From an uncultured Gammaproteobacteria bacterium (GTDB lineage Bacteria; Pseudomonadota; Gammaproteobacteria; SZUA-140): a stretch of 61,406 nucleotides of DNA. A program made the position numbers and the translations under genes. Below, in pieces: positions 51,047-60,578 of this stretch; position 1 is the stretch's first letter; every line of letters starts with the position of its first letter. A model generated the notes under the pieces. It made no database searches, was not told the origin of the DNA, and worked only from the letters and a program-made list of their open reading frames with translations. The stretch is from contig CALZHD010000034.1 of NCBI GenBank assembly GCA_945787155.1, forward strand, positions 1 to 61,406, written 5' to 3'.

Positions 51047-53131
51047 ATGAAAAATAAAACCAAACACCGTAGCCTGGTCGGCGATATCCTGCTAGTCCAT
51101 ATCGTCTATGCCGTTATCGTTTATTTAGCGGCGGCCGCATGCCTGTGGCTAACCACCAGCTGGATCATCGACAATAACCTTGAAAAGTGGGCCGTTCGCT
51201 GGACTCAGGAACTCAACAAACTCGGTACCCCGCTCTATGATGGCGAGGCTAAAAACGACCGTTTCATCCATATCGAAGATTATATCGCCAACTTTCCCGA
51301 CATCGCTTACGTCACTTATTATTCGCTCGATGGCACACCGATCTTCAGTGAAGGAAGGGCTGACGTCGACACCGCCTCGCTACCTCCAAGGCTCAGTTCA
51401 AAACAGATGGCTCAGCTTGGCAATACAACGAGCGTCATGAAACCTCAAATCATTAAGCACGACGTGGATAATTCACCCTATGTCAAAACCTATACGCCGA
51501 TATGGATCGAGTCGATCCCTGATGATGGCCTGCTGAACTTTAACCTCGCTGATGCGACAAATGATGATGTCAGCCTTGCAGGCTTTGTCGAACTCGGCCT
51601 TGACTTCACCCCATATGAAAAACAGTTCATCAAAAACCTGCTGGCTGGCAGCGCTCTCATTATGTTTATTTTCATGATCATCTTTATCATCAGTAAAACC
51701 ATCATCAAGCATGCAATAAGGCCTCTGTCAGAATTAAGTAAGCCATTAAAAAATCTTGCTGAGGGCAATACTGACATCTACGTGCCACCATCAAAACATC
51801 GTGAAATCAACAGTATCAGCCAGGCGCTCAATACCACCATCAGTGCACTGCGCGAACGCGATGCAACGCTGCTTCGACTGGCCAATCACGATTCACTCAC
51901 AGGGCTCTACAATCGCAACTTCTTCACTGAAAAACTTGAACAACTCGCCGCCACCAACAGTACCAGCGCATTGCTCTTTATCGACCTGGATCACTTCAAA
52001 TATATCAATGACACATTAGGACACGAGGCTGGTGATCGTATGTTGGTGCAGGCCGCACGCTGGCTAAAACATCACCTCAGAGAGCGCGATACACTATGTC
52101 GCTTTGGTGGTGACGAATTCACCATCCTGATTGAGGAGACCACTCAGGAAAAGACCCTCCAGCTCGCCAGTAACATGGTCTCGATGATGAACAAGCATCT
52201 TGTATTTATCGAAAACAACCAGAAATTTCAGGTCAGTTGTAGTATCGGCGTCACCATGATCGACTCAGACCTCTACACCCCTGACGAATTTCTCTCTCAG
52301 GCCGATCTCGCATGCCACGAAGCAAAAAGAGGTGGCCGTAATCGTCACTACTTCTACGAAAAACTCAAAAATGAAACAGGTAAGATGGAGGAAGATATCG
52401 GTTGGTCACGTCGCATTGAGACCGCACTCAAACATAACCAGTTTGTGCTGGAATATCAGCCCATCGTCAACGTGCACACCGGCAACTCCGATATCTACGA
52501 GGTCCTGTTACGCTTGCCCAGCGAGGGTGACAAACTTATCCCACCCTCGGCCTTTCTACCTGCCGCACAACGTTTTGGCCTGATGGTCGATGTTGATCAC
52601 TGGGTGATCGAGCATGCACTCAAGGCACTCGCCAGCCATCGAAAATCTAATCCTGCCATCAAGTTTGCGATTAACCTCTCAGGGCATGCCTTCGAAGACG
52701 TCAACCTCGTCAAAATCGTACAGGAGAACATCGAAAGATACGAGATCCCACCCGAGTCACTCATTTTCGAGGTCACCGAACAGGTGGCGGTACAACACAT
52801 TGCAGAGGCTAATCTGCTGATCAAAAAGCTGATCACACTTGGTTGTGAGTTTGCACTCGATGACTTTGGCTCAGGCTTTAGTTCATTTAACTACCTCAAA
52901 CACTTGCCGATTCACTACATCAAGATCGATGGTAACTTCATTGAAAACATGACCAACGACAAGACCGATCAAGCGATGGTTCAATCGATGATCCAGGTCG
53001 CCAAGACAGTCGGAAAATTCACCATTGCCGAATACGTACTGGATGAAGACACCATGACGCTGCTCAAGCGGCTCGGCATCGACTATGCTCAGGGACATTA
53101 CCTCGGCAGGCCGCAACAACAGCTGGCTTAA
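51047..53131 (+). CDS. Membrane sensor with periplasmic domain, HAMP, GGDEF and EAL domains
   Basis: Two TM segments, HAMP, HDSLTGL, RFGGDEF, YEVLLR, LDDFGSG, KID, QG. Confidence 0.93.
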   Translation: MKNKTKHRSLVGDILLVHIVYAVIVYLAAAACLWLTTSWIIDNNLEKWAVRWTQELNKLGTPLYDGEAKNDRFIHIEDYIANFPDIAYVTYYSLDGTPIFSEGRADVDTASLPPRLSSKQMAQLGNTTSVMKPQIIKHDVDNSPYVKTYTPIWIESIPDDGLLNFNLADATNDDVSLAGFVELGLDFTPYEKQFIKNLLAGSALIMFIFMIIFIISKTIIKHAIRPLSELSKPLKNLAEGNTDIYVPPSKHREINSISQALNTTISALRERDATLLRLANHDSLTGLYNRNFFTEKLEQLAATNSTSALLFIDLDHFKYINDTLGHEAGDRMLVQAARWLKHHLRERDTLCRFGGDEFTILIEETTQEKTLQLASNMVSMMNKHLVFIENNQKFQVSCSIGVTMIDSDLYTPDEFLSQADLACHEAKRGGRNRHYFYEKLKNETGKMEEDIGWSRRIETALKHNQFVLEYQPIVNVHTGNSDIYEVLLRLPSEGDKLIPPSAFLPAAQRFGLMVDVDHWVIEHALKALASHRKSNPAIKFAINLSGHAFEDVNLVKIVQENIERYEIPPESLIFEVTEQVAVQHIAEANLLIKKLITLGCEFALDDFGSGFSSFNYLKHLPIHYIKIDGNFIENMTNDKTDQAMVQSMIQVAKTVGKFTIAEYVLDEDTMTLLKRLGIDYAQGHYLGRPQQQLA

Positions 53132-53616
53132 GAAACGATATCATAGTCACGTCGCACCCGCTGCAACGTGCTGCACGATAACGTATACGACTTGCCAAAA
53201 CCGGCTACAAATCGCACCTGCTCAACAGTCAACTTGAACAGAACAAAATCAGCAAAACCAAACAGCTGCTCTGCATCCGGTAACGCCTGGAGATATTCGC
53301 CCTGTGCAACCTCATAATCTGCGCTACCACGCGCTACTTCAGTCACACTCCCCTGCAGAGTCACCCGCGCAAGGGTCTGTGGGTCACCAGTTCCATTATC
53401 TGCTTCACTGATCGCAAGGGACGCCTGCAGGTTTGCCAACAAATTAGTGGTGTGCCTGGCAAGCCGACTAACGTGAATTAAGAATCCATCACCCTCTACC
53501 TGCGCCACATAGGCAACATAAGAGGCGAGCGGTCGATTGTCATGAGTCGTCGCCAACGCACCCCAGCGATGACCAAACACCAGCTGGGCGAGTCTCTGCT
53601 CTTCAGTAGACTCCAC
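53128..53616 (-). CDS. Pyridoxamine 5'-phosphate oxidase-like / HugZ-family protein
   Basis: PLASYV, SRLARHTTNL, RVTLQG, FADF, RFVAGFG. Start is probably GTG 53616, since the longer ORF overlaps the HIT gene. Confidence 0.82.
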   Translation of the reverse strand: MESTEEQRLAQLVFGHRWGALATTHDNRPLASYVAYVAQVEGDGFLIHVSRLARHTTNLLANLQASLAISEADNGTGDPQTLARVTLQGSVTEVARGSADYEVAQGEYLQALPDAEQLFGFADFVLFKLTVEQVRFVAGFGKSYTLSCSTLQRVRRDYDIVS

Positions 53617-53629
53617 TCTCAGTACCGAG

Positions 53630-53974
53630 CTAACCTGGAGGCCACTGCAGGCCACGCCCAGCGAGCATATGAAGATGAATGTGAAAGACCGTCTGACCAC
53701 CATCGCGATTACAGTTCACCACGGTGCGAAAGCCACCCTCTGCAACCCCTTCCTGTGTCGCGATTGCTTTCACCGCAAGATACATCTTGCCCAATAACGA
53801 AGCATTAGCCTCATCAAGCTCATTGAGCGTTGAAATATGCACCTTTGGGATCACCAGCACATGCAACGGCGCCTGGGGATTGATGTCACGAAAAGCTAGC
53901 ACATCATCATCCTCATAGACCTTATCCGGGGCAATCTCACCACTCACCATTTTACAAAATAGACAGTCACTCAT
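53630..53974 (-). CDS. hinT: Histidine triad nucleotide-binding protein
   Basis: DCLFCK, DINPQAP, GQTVFHIHLH, WPPG. Confidence 0.93.
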   Translation of the reverse strand: MSDCLFCKMVSGEIAPDKVYEDDDVLAFRDINPQAPLHVLVIPKVHISTLNELDEANASLLGKMYLAVKAIATQEGVAEGGFRTVVNCNRDGGQTVFHIHLHMLAGRGLQWPPG

Positions 53975-54101
53975 TTCGCTCAACTCCTTTCCGGGATGAC
54001 AATCTCATTCGTTATCGTTCACCCATGTTACAATCATGCTATCAAACTTATGACCCCATCATCTTACATAACGTAGCGATCCCAGCCAAACAGTAAACAC
54101 C

Positions 54102-54938
54102 GTGAATCCCAGAAGCCTGATCACTTCCATTTTGTTACTCATCATCGTGCTGCCCACAGCCCATGGACAACCGCTGCCCCGTTGGGAGCTAGGTATCGCT
54201 ATCGGTGGGTTAAACCTCCCCTACTATCGCGGCTCGGATATTTACCGTAATTACGTCACCCCCTTCCCCTACATTACCTATCGTGGCGAACGGCTGAATA
54301 TCGATCGAAGCGGTATTCAGGGCCATCTATTTCAGTCAGATCGCATCAAGCTAGACTTGAGTCTTGCAGCCGGAATCCCGGTCTCCAGCGATGGCGACAG
54401 CCCACGTGCAGGCATGCCAGACCTCGACCCCACCGTCGAACTCGGGCCATCACTCGAATTGAACCTGTGGCAACTCAGCCACAAGCGCCAGTCACTATGG
54501 CTCAAACTGCCGCTGCGCTCCGCCCACTCAATCGGCGGCGACGGCATCTTCAAACACCGCGGCTGGACCTTTTCACCCTTCCTCGAATACACCGCGAAGA
54601 GTGCTATACATGACGACTGGAAGGGCAGCCTCTCCGTCGGACCACTCTACGCAGACCGTGACTATCACAACTACTTCTACGAAGTCATGCCAGCATATGT
54701 CACTACCGCACGCAGTGAATATCATGCCAGTAGCGGCTACAGTGGCGCACGCACCACACTGAGCTTCAGAAAGAGCATCACAAAAAAATTACGCCTCGGT
54801 CTATTTGCACGCTTTGATACATTGAAGAATACTACCTTCGAAAATAGCCCATTGGTTTCAACAAAACACTACCGGGCGCTAGGATTTGCTCTGATCTGGA
54901 TGTTCTCGCAATCGAAGGAGATGGTAGAGGTACCGTAA
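54102..54938 (+). CDS. MipA/OmpV family outer-membrane protein
   Basis: Signal peptide, WELG, PYYRGSD, RAGMPDLDPTVELGP, ENSPLV. Confidence 0.85.
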   Translation: MNPRSLITSILLLIIVLPTAHGQPLPRWELGIAIGGLNLPYYRGSDIYRNYVTPFPYITYRGERLNIDRSGIQGHLFQSDRIKLDLSLAAGIPVSSDGDSPRAGMPDLDPTVELGPSLELNLWQLSHKRQSLWLKLPLRSAHSIGGDGIFKHRGWTFSPFLEYTAKSAIHDDWKGSLSVGPLYADRDYHNYFYEVMPAYVTTARSEYHASSGYSGARTTLSFRKSITKKLRLGLFARFDTLKNTTFENSPLVSTKHYRALGFALIWMFSQSKEMVEVP

Positions 54939-55010
54939 ATTACTATGCGTTGACCTCGGAACACGACAAAGCAGTTTTGCACTGCCCCAATGAACGCTCC
55001 AAGCACTTCG

Positions 55011-55589
55011 TTAGCCATTCAGTTTCCCCACCGTCAACGCCAGTTTTTGGCCAAGACTCATCACCGCATTTTGTTTTCGCTCATCCACAAGCGAACCATC
55101 CTCATTGAATGCGTTAAATGCTTGTGGAATGGCTTGCTGCTCGGGTAACACCGTGACCCCAATATTGGCAAGTAACATTCTTAAAAAAACTAACCCACGA
55201 AGCCCACCCAAAGCACCCGGTGATGCAGCCAGAATAGCCGCCATTTTTCCCTGGTATGCCGCCAATGGAGGCTCATTATCTGACTCGGCCCGCGATGCCC
55301 AATCAATGACATTTTTTAGTAATGGACTAAAAGCACTATTATATTCAGGTGAAGCGATGATGAATGCGTCATGGTCGATCAAAAGTTTTTTAAATTTACG
55401 AGCATTCTCCGGCATCCCCTCTTCATCCTCCAGATCCTGATTGAAGAGTGGCATTGGATAATCCGCTAAATCAATCAGTGTGACATCTGCCCCAGCTTCC
55501 TCGGCACCCAATACCGCAATAGCTAATAGCTTTTTATTGAAGGAATCTTTTCTGCTACTACCCGCAAAAGCAAGAATTCTTGGTACCAT
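55011..55589 (-). CDS. NADPH-dependent FMN reductase (ChrR-like)
   Basis: GSSRKDSFN, SPEYN, LKNVIDWASR, SPGALGG. Confidence 0.93.
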   Translation of the reverse strand: MVPRILAFAGSSRKDSFNKKLLAIAVLGAEEAGADVTLIDLADYPMPLFNQDLEDEEGMPENARKFKKLLIDHDAFIIASPEYNSAFSPLLKNVIDWASRAESDNEPPLAAYQGKMAAILAASPGALGGLRGLVFLRMLLANIGVTVLPEQQAIPQAFNAFNEDGSLVDERKQNAVMSLGQKLALTVGKLNG

Positions 55590-55681
55590 TTACTTCCCCT
55601 TATATGATCAATAAGCCTGTAAAACCCCCAATCAGCGCTGACCGCAACATCCATTTTTAGGAGGATTCATTTGAAAGTGAC

Positions 55682-55969
55682 TCAGCCGAGCATAAATTTT
55701 AGCCGCTCATCGGCCTGTGATGGCGTAATCTCAAGAATTTCCGCGCTCACCACATTTTCCGCCACAAATGGATCGTCGTTTATTCTAATTTGAAGATCTG
55801 ACAGTGACGTATTATGTGCCACAATCCCACCCCCCAAATTCGGTTGAAGAGTGCCGACAAATAAAAACAGGCCGTCATCAATCCCGCGTTTGATCCATTC
55901 TTTGTGACCTTCCATCAACTGGCTGGCCTGGACTTTGTTGTTAGAAAATTTAAGCAATACGATAAACAT
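55682..55969 (-). CDS. YciI-family protein
   Basis: H..WI..G, GGG, DPFV. Confidence 0.8.
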   Translation of the reverse strand: MFIVLLKFSNNKVQASQLMEGHKEWIKRGIDDGLFLFVGTLQPNLGGGIVAHNTSLSDLQIRINDDPFVAENVVSAEILEITPSQADERLKFMLG

Positions 55970-56067
55970 CGGGGTTGTTCTCCTATCAACCTGGTTGGAT
56001 AAATAAATTCAGTATGGCTAATAATCTCTTACCCACTAATGTTCCTTTATTGCGTATAACTATAGAT

Positions 56068-56099
56068 AGCCCCAATCGCATTCACATGGGGGCTTTTTT
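56068..56099 (+). terminator. Plus-strand intrinsic terminator-like hairpin
   Basis: AGCCCC...GGGGCT followed by a T run. Confidence 0.55.
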
Positions 56100-56125
56100 C
56101 CAAACCGAGTTAAACGAACCACCGT

Positions 56126-56608
56126 TCAGTCATCATCAACACCGTCCAACGGTTCTACCATGAGTAACTCACGATTGATCCCATCGATGCTGACCACTCT
56201 CACCTTCTCACCCGCCTCACAGTCTCTACCGCGTATGCGCAGTGTCACGCCCTGAATTTCGAACTGGCCATTGCCGTTCACAATCGGGGTTTCAAGCGTA
56301 ATCACATATCCGATTAAGCGCTCGACACGCATCACCCGCTGCGGCGCTTCGTCATCGGCCTCTTCTGCATCTCTCTTCCGGCCGCTCATTAACAATGTGG
56401 TTAACACGGTTCCGAGTGCGGCGACGGCAAAAAAGATGCCGAGCTGGTAGATCACGGGGAAGTGCGGTTTAAACCAGAGAATCCCGCCCACTACCGTCGA
56501 GGCAATCGCCACCCATGCCGGTTTGCTATTTGAGAAGTAAAAGGCAAACGTGCACGCTAGCAGTGTGACGGTCCACCAGTGCCATTGTTCCAACATAAAT
56601 CCAGTCAT
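56126..56608 (-). CDS. NfeD-like (YbbJ-type) membrane protein
   Basis: WHWW, TM helices, LIG...L..PI.NG.G...G.D...G.KVRVV OB-fold. Confidence 0.75.
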   Translation of the reverse strand: MTGFMLEQWHWWTVTLLACTFAFYFSNSKPAWVAIASTVVGGILWFKPHFPVIYQLGIFFAVAALGTVLTTLLMSGRKRDAEEADDEAPQRVMRVERLIGYVITLETPIVNGNGQFEIQGVTLRIRGRDCEAGEKVRVVSIDGINRELLMVEPLDGVDDD

Positions 56609-56831
56609 GATCTCCCCGCTATTAATCGCTAATTCAGCCTGACAAGCATTAAGTCTATGAATGGCATAGTCTATCGAGCCGCGCTGCGCTTTGCTATCAA
56701 AAAACAACAGATCAACAAACGCGAACAAAACTGAAGATAACAGGGATTTTTTTCGCCATTTCCTCTAAAATGTGGCTCTTTTTTTCGGTCGGAGCCTTAT
56801 TCTCCGACCCGCTTCAAGGGTATTTAAAAAC

Positions 56832-59816
56832 GTGCAAGATTTTCTCCCCGGCCAACGCTGGATCAGTAACGCCGAGATTCAAATGGGGCTGGGCACCGTC
56901 CTCAGTTGCGATCACCGCACTGTCACCATCCTTTTTATGGCCACTGGTGATACACGTACCTACGCCAAATTGACTGCGCCACTGACCCGCGTGGTCTTCT
57001 CAGCAGGCGACAAAGTTAAGGCGCACGACGGCTGGCTGCTGAAAATTTCACAGGTGGAAGAACAGGACGGCCTGATCCTCTACCATGGCACCGATGAAGA
57101 TGGCGGCACGCGCCAACTACCCGAGGGTGCGCTGGATAACTTCATCAAACTCAATCGCCCCACCGAACGCCTCTTCAGCGGACAGGTCGATAAAAACAAG
57201 TGGTTTGAACTGCGCCAACAGAGCCACCTGCACGCCAATCGTCAGGCACGCGGTGAATTGCTCGGCTTGACCGGTGTACGCACCAGCCTGATCCCACATC
57301 AGCTCTACATCGCCCACGAGGTGGCCAACCGTTACGCGCCACGTGTACTGCTTGCCGATGAGGTGGGCCTGGGCAAAACCATCGAAGCGGGCATGATCAT
57401 CCATCAACAGCTGCTCACTGAACGTGCCAGACGTGTATTGATTGTGGTGCCGGAGAGTTTGATCCATCAGTGGCTGGTCGAGATGCTGCGCCGTTTCAAT
57501 CTCCATTTCAGTATCTTCGATGAGGCGCGCTGCCAGGCGCTTGCCGGTCACCACTCTGAGGAGGAGGCGCATCTTGAAGATGAAATCGACGATCCGACGG
57601 GCGCTGACGATCATTTCGACACTAACCCTTTTAACAGCGAGCAGCTGATTCTCTGTAGCCTGGAGTTCCTCAGTGGACAACCTGACCATTTCCAGGAAGC
57701 ACTGGGGGCTGAGTGGGATATGCTGGTGGTCGATGAGGCACACCACCTTGAATGGAGCCCACAGCAGTCGAGTATTGAGTATCGCTGTATCGAACAGCTG
57801 GCGGCAATCACCAAAGGCGTGCTCCTGCTGACTGCGACACCCGAACAGCTTGGCAAGGCGAGCCACTTTGCGCGCCTGCGCCTGCTCGACCCCGACCGCT
57901 TCCCTGACCTTGAGCGCTTCATCGATGAAGAACAGCATTATGCACCGATTGCCGAAGCGGTCGAGGCGCTGTTAAGCCAGCAGCCGTTAAATGAACACGT
58001 ACGCGCCACGCTTGAGACAACACTCAACGAAGGCGACAACCAGCCCCTGCTGGATAAACTCAACCTGCTTGACGAGAGCAGTGCTGAAGATGAAATCGCG
58101 GCCAGGAATGAATTGACCGAACACCTGCTCGATCGTCACGGTACTGGACGTGTATTATTCCGCAACACTCGCGCCGCGATCAAAGGCTTCCCAGAGCGCC
58201 GTGTCAGCGGCTACCCACTGCCACAACCGGAAGCCTATCGTGACGCCCTGCTACAGCTAATGCTGGACCAGGCGGTCGAGACGCGCCAACTGCTCTGCCC
58301 CGAACTCGCCTATCAGGCAGTGGCGAGTGGCATGTCATGGGAATCAGTCGACCCACGGGTCGAGTGGCTCAGTCATAAACTGAAAGCACTGAAACCGGCC
58401 AAGGTGCTGGTGATCGCGGCCGATGCCATCACTGCAATGGATCTCGCCGATGCACTACGCAAAAAAGATGGCATCTACCCCGCGCTGTTCCATGAACATC
58501 TCTCGATTGTCGAGCGCGACCGTGCCGCGGCCTATTTCTCAGATCCCGAATACGGCAGCCCGGTATTGATCTGCTCCGAAATCGGCAGTGAAGGACGCAA
58601 CTTCCAGTTCGCCCATCACCTGATTCTGTTTGATCTGCCACTCAACCCCGACCTGCTGGAACAGCGCATCGGCCGACTCGACCGTATCGGCCAGCAAAAC
58701 ACTATCGACATTCATGTGCCGTACATAGAGAAGACAGCGCAAGAGGTGATGTATCGCTGGTATCACCAAGGGCTCAACGCCTTTGAGCAGACCTGTCCGG
58801 CAGGCCATAACGTCTTCACCAGGCTCATGCCAACATTGATCGAGACACTGTATCAAATAGATGCCAGCGACAATAATGATGACGAAAATGGCGATGATGA
58901 CCTCACATCACTGATCACCACCACCGCAAAAATCCACCACGAGTTAAACGAAGCGTTGCACAACGGTCGTGATCAACTGCTGGAATACAACTCCTGTCGA
59001 CCGCACATCGCTAACCAGTTAAAAACAGCTGCAAGTCAAAATGAACACAGCGCGCTACTGGCCGATTACCTCACACAGGTCTTTGATTGTTACGGCATAG
59101 AGAGCGAGCATCATAGCGATGCGTGCCAGATCATCCGCCCGGGAGATCATATGCAGAACAGCAGCTTTCCCGGCCTGCACAGTGAAGGGATGACCATCAC
59201 CTATGAACGTGACACCGCGCTCACCAATGAAGATGTGCACTACATCAGCTGGGAGCATCCGCTCACAACCGGCGCAATGGAGATGTTACTCAACAACGAA
59301 CAAGGTAACACCGCAATCGCAGCAATCAAACACCCGGCCATTAAAGCGGGAACGCTGCTACTCGAGTGCCTTTTTGTACTGGAGAGTAGTGCAAACAGCG
59401 CCCTGCAATCCAGACGCTATCTACCACCGACATTGATCCGCGTGATGATCGACCCACAGGGACGGGACTACAGCAGTCAACTCGCCAGCGAAGCACTGCA
59501 ACAGATTCGCGCCAAAGTTGATCGTGAGACGACACGCAAGATTATCCGCGCCTTTGGAAAAAAACTACGAGAGATGGTACCCCTCGCCGAACAACAGGCA
59601 GAAAAACTGGCGCCCGCATTTTTACAGGAGGCGCAGGCACGCGCTCAGTCGATGCTTAATCGCGAGATCAATCGCCTCAAGGCGCTACAGCAGATCAACC
59701 CTAATGTACGGGACGATGAGATACAGTTTTTTGAAGACCAACAAACAGCACTCACACAGGCAATCAAAGCGGCACATCTACGGCTTGATGCAGTGCGTGT
59801 GATTATTAGTACCTGA
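56832..59816 (+). CDS. rapA: RNA polymerase-associated protein RapA
   Basis: GQRWIS..E..MGLG, LADEVGLGKT, DEAHH, TATPEQ, SEIGSEGRNFQ, EQRIGRLDRIGQ. Start GTG 56832. Confidence 0.96.
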   Translation: MQDFLPGQRWISNAEIQMGLGTVLSCDHRTVTILFMATGDTRTYAKLTAPLTRVVFSAGDKVKAHDGWLLKISQVEEQDGLILYHGTDEDGGTRQLPEGALDNFIKLNRPTERLFSGQVDKNKWFELRQQSHLHANRQARGELLGLTGVRTSLIPHQLYIAHEVANRYAPRVLLADEVGLGKTIEAGMIIHQQLLTERARRVLIVVPESLIHQWLVEMLRRFNLHFSIFDEARCQALAGHHSEEEAHLEDEIDDPTGADDHFDTNPFNSEQLILCSLEFLSGQPDHFQEALGAEWDMLVVDEAHHLEWSPQQSSIEYRCIEQLAAITKGVLLLTATPEQLGKASHFARLRLLDPDRFPDLERFIDEEQHYAPIAEAVEALLSQQPLNEHVRATLETTLNEGDNQPLLDKLNLLDESSAEDEIAARNELTEHLLDRHGTGRVLFRNTRAAIKGFPERRVSGYPLPQPEAYRDALLQLMLDQAVETRQLLCPELAYQAVASGMSWESVDPRVEWLSHKLKALKPAKVLVIAADAITAMDLADALRKKDGIYPALFHEHLSIVERDRAAAYFSDPEYGSPVLICSEIGSEGRNFQFAHHLILFDLPLNPDLLEQRIGRLDRIGQQNTIDIHVPYIEKTAQEVMYRWYHQGLNAFEQTCPAGHNVFTRLMPTLIETLYQIDASDNNDDENGDDDLTSLITTTAKIHHELNEALHNGRDQLLEYNSCRPHIANQLKTAASQNEHSALLADYLTQVFDCYGIESEHHSDACQIIRPGDHMQNSSFPGLHSEGMTITYERDTALTNEDVHYISWEHPLTTGAMEMLLNNEQGNTAIAAIKHPAIKAGTLLLECLFVLESSANSALQSRRYLPPTLIRVMIDPQGRDYSSQLASEALQQIRAKVDRETTRKIIRAFGKKLREMVPLAEQQAEKLAPAFLQEAQARAQSMLNREINRLKALQQINPNVRDDEIQFFEDQQTALTQAIKAAHLRLDAVRVIIST

Positions 59817-60345
59817 TGGCACTCAAGGCAACTATTTTCAAACTTGACCTTCAGGTTGACAATATTGATCGTCACTACTATCAGACACACACGCTGACGA
59901 TTGCCCGCCATCCGTCGGAAAACAATGAGCGCATGCTATATCGGATCATTGCATTCGCCCTGAATGCACATTGCTCTTTACCAAAGGGATTAGCAGCATC
60001 GATGAGCCTGATCTGTGGCGTCATTCGGCCAGCGGCGAGATCGAACAGTGGATTGAACTTGGGCAGCCGGATGAAAAACGGCTGCGCAAGGCGTGTGGCC
60101 TGGCACGTCAGGTGCTAGCCTACAGTTACAGCGCGAGAAGTGGTCCAGTATGGTGGCAACAGCTCTCCGAACGCACAAAAAACAGCCGTAATCTCTCCGT
60201 TGCCCAGCTCTCCATCAATAGTGACTGTCCCATCGACTCGCTGGTAACGCGCCAGATGCAGCTCAACTGCACGATTCAGGATGGCACGATTTGGCTGACC
60301 AACAGTACTGAGACCCTGGAGGCTTCTATCCAATCTTTTACGTAG
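59816..60345 (+). pseudogene. yaeQ: YaeQ family protein, frameshifted near 59970
   Basis: MALKATIFK...ARHPSE..ERM..R..AFALNAH in one frame; LFTKG.S..DEPDLW...WIELGQPD...CTIQDG in another (59971-60345). Confidence 0.88.
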
Positions 60346-60396
60346 GTTTCTGTGCATGCGCCCGTGAAACTTATCTACACCAGCCTCGTAATAGAG

Positions 60397-60486
60397 CGGT
60401 TGGTCCCTATCCAGGTGAAAAGCACACTGATTGACCTCGCGTGGCCTGTTGTCATTCCGATTCATCCCCACCCACGTGGGGAACAC
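60397..60486 (-). CRISPR. Orphan type I-E-like mini-array: intact repeat, 32-bp spacer, degenerate repeat
   Basis: 60458-60486 reads GTGTTCCCCACGTGGGTGGGGATGAATCG on the minus strand. A copy with 19/29 identity lies exactly 61 bp away (60397-60425). Confidence 0.75.
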
Positions 60487-60578
60487 GTTTGATTCGGTAA
60501 AATCTTCGGTCATTAATAACGCACGGCGCGTTTGCCAACACCAACTTCACCTATGAAAAAGCCGGAAACGGTCAGTGA

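Noticed and set aside
57117-57938. 273-aa antisense ORF in rapA, and similar shadow ORFs across the window
   Set aside because: They lie wholly within well-supported genes on the other strand or frame and show no family motifs.
56832-59816. SNF2-like helicase as part of an anti-phage system
   Set aside because: The motifs and both termini match housekeeping RapA, and no defence partner genes are adjacent.
60115-60513. 132-aa minus-strand ORF
   Set aside because: It runs through the CRISPR repeat and antisense to yaeQ, with no recognisable motif.
60336-60547. Additional CRISPR repeats flanking the mini-array
   Set aside because: The positions one 61-bp period away (60336, 60519) show no similarity; weak look-alikes near 60344 and 60507-60541 are off-period.
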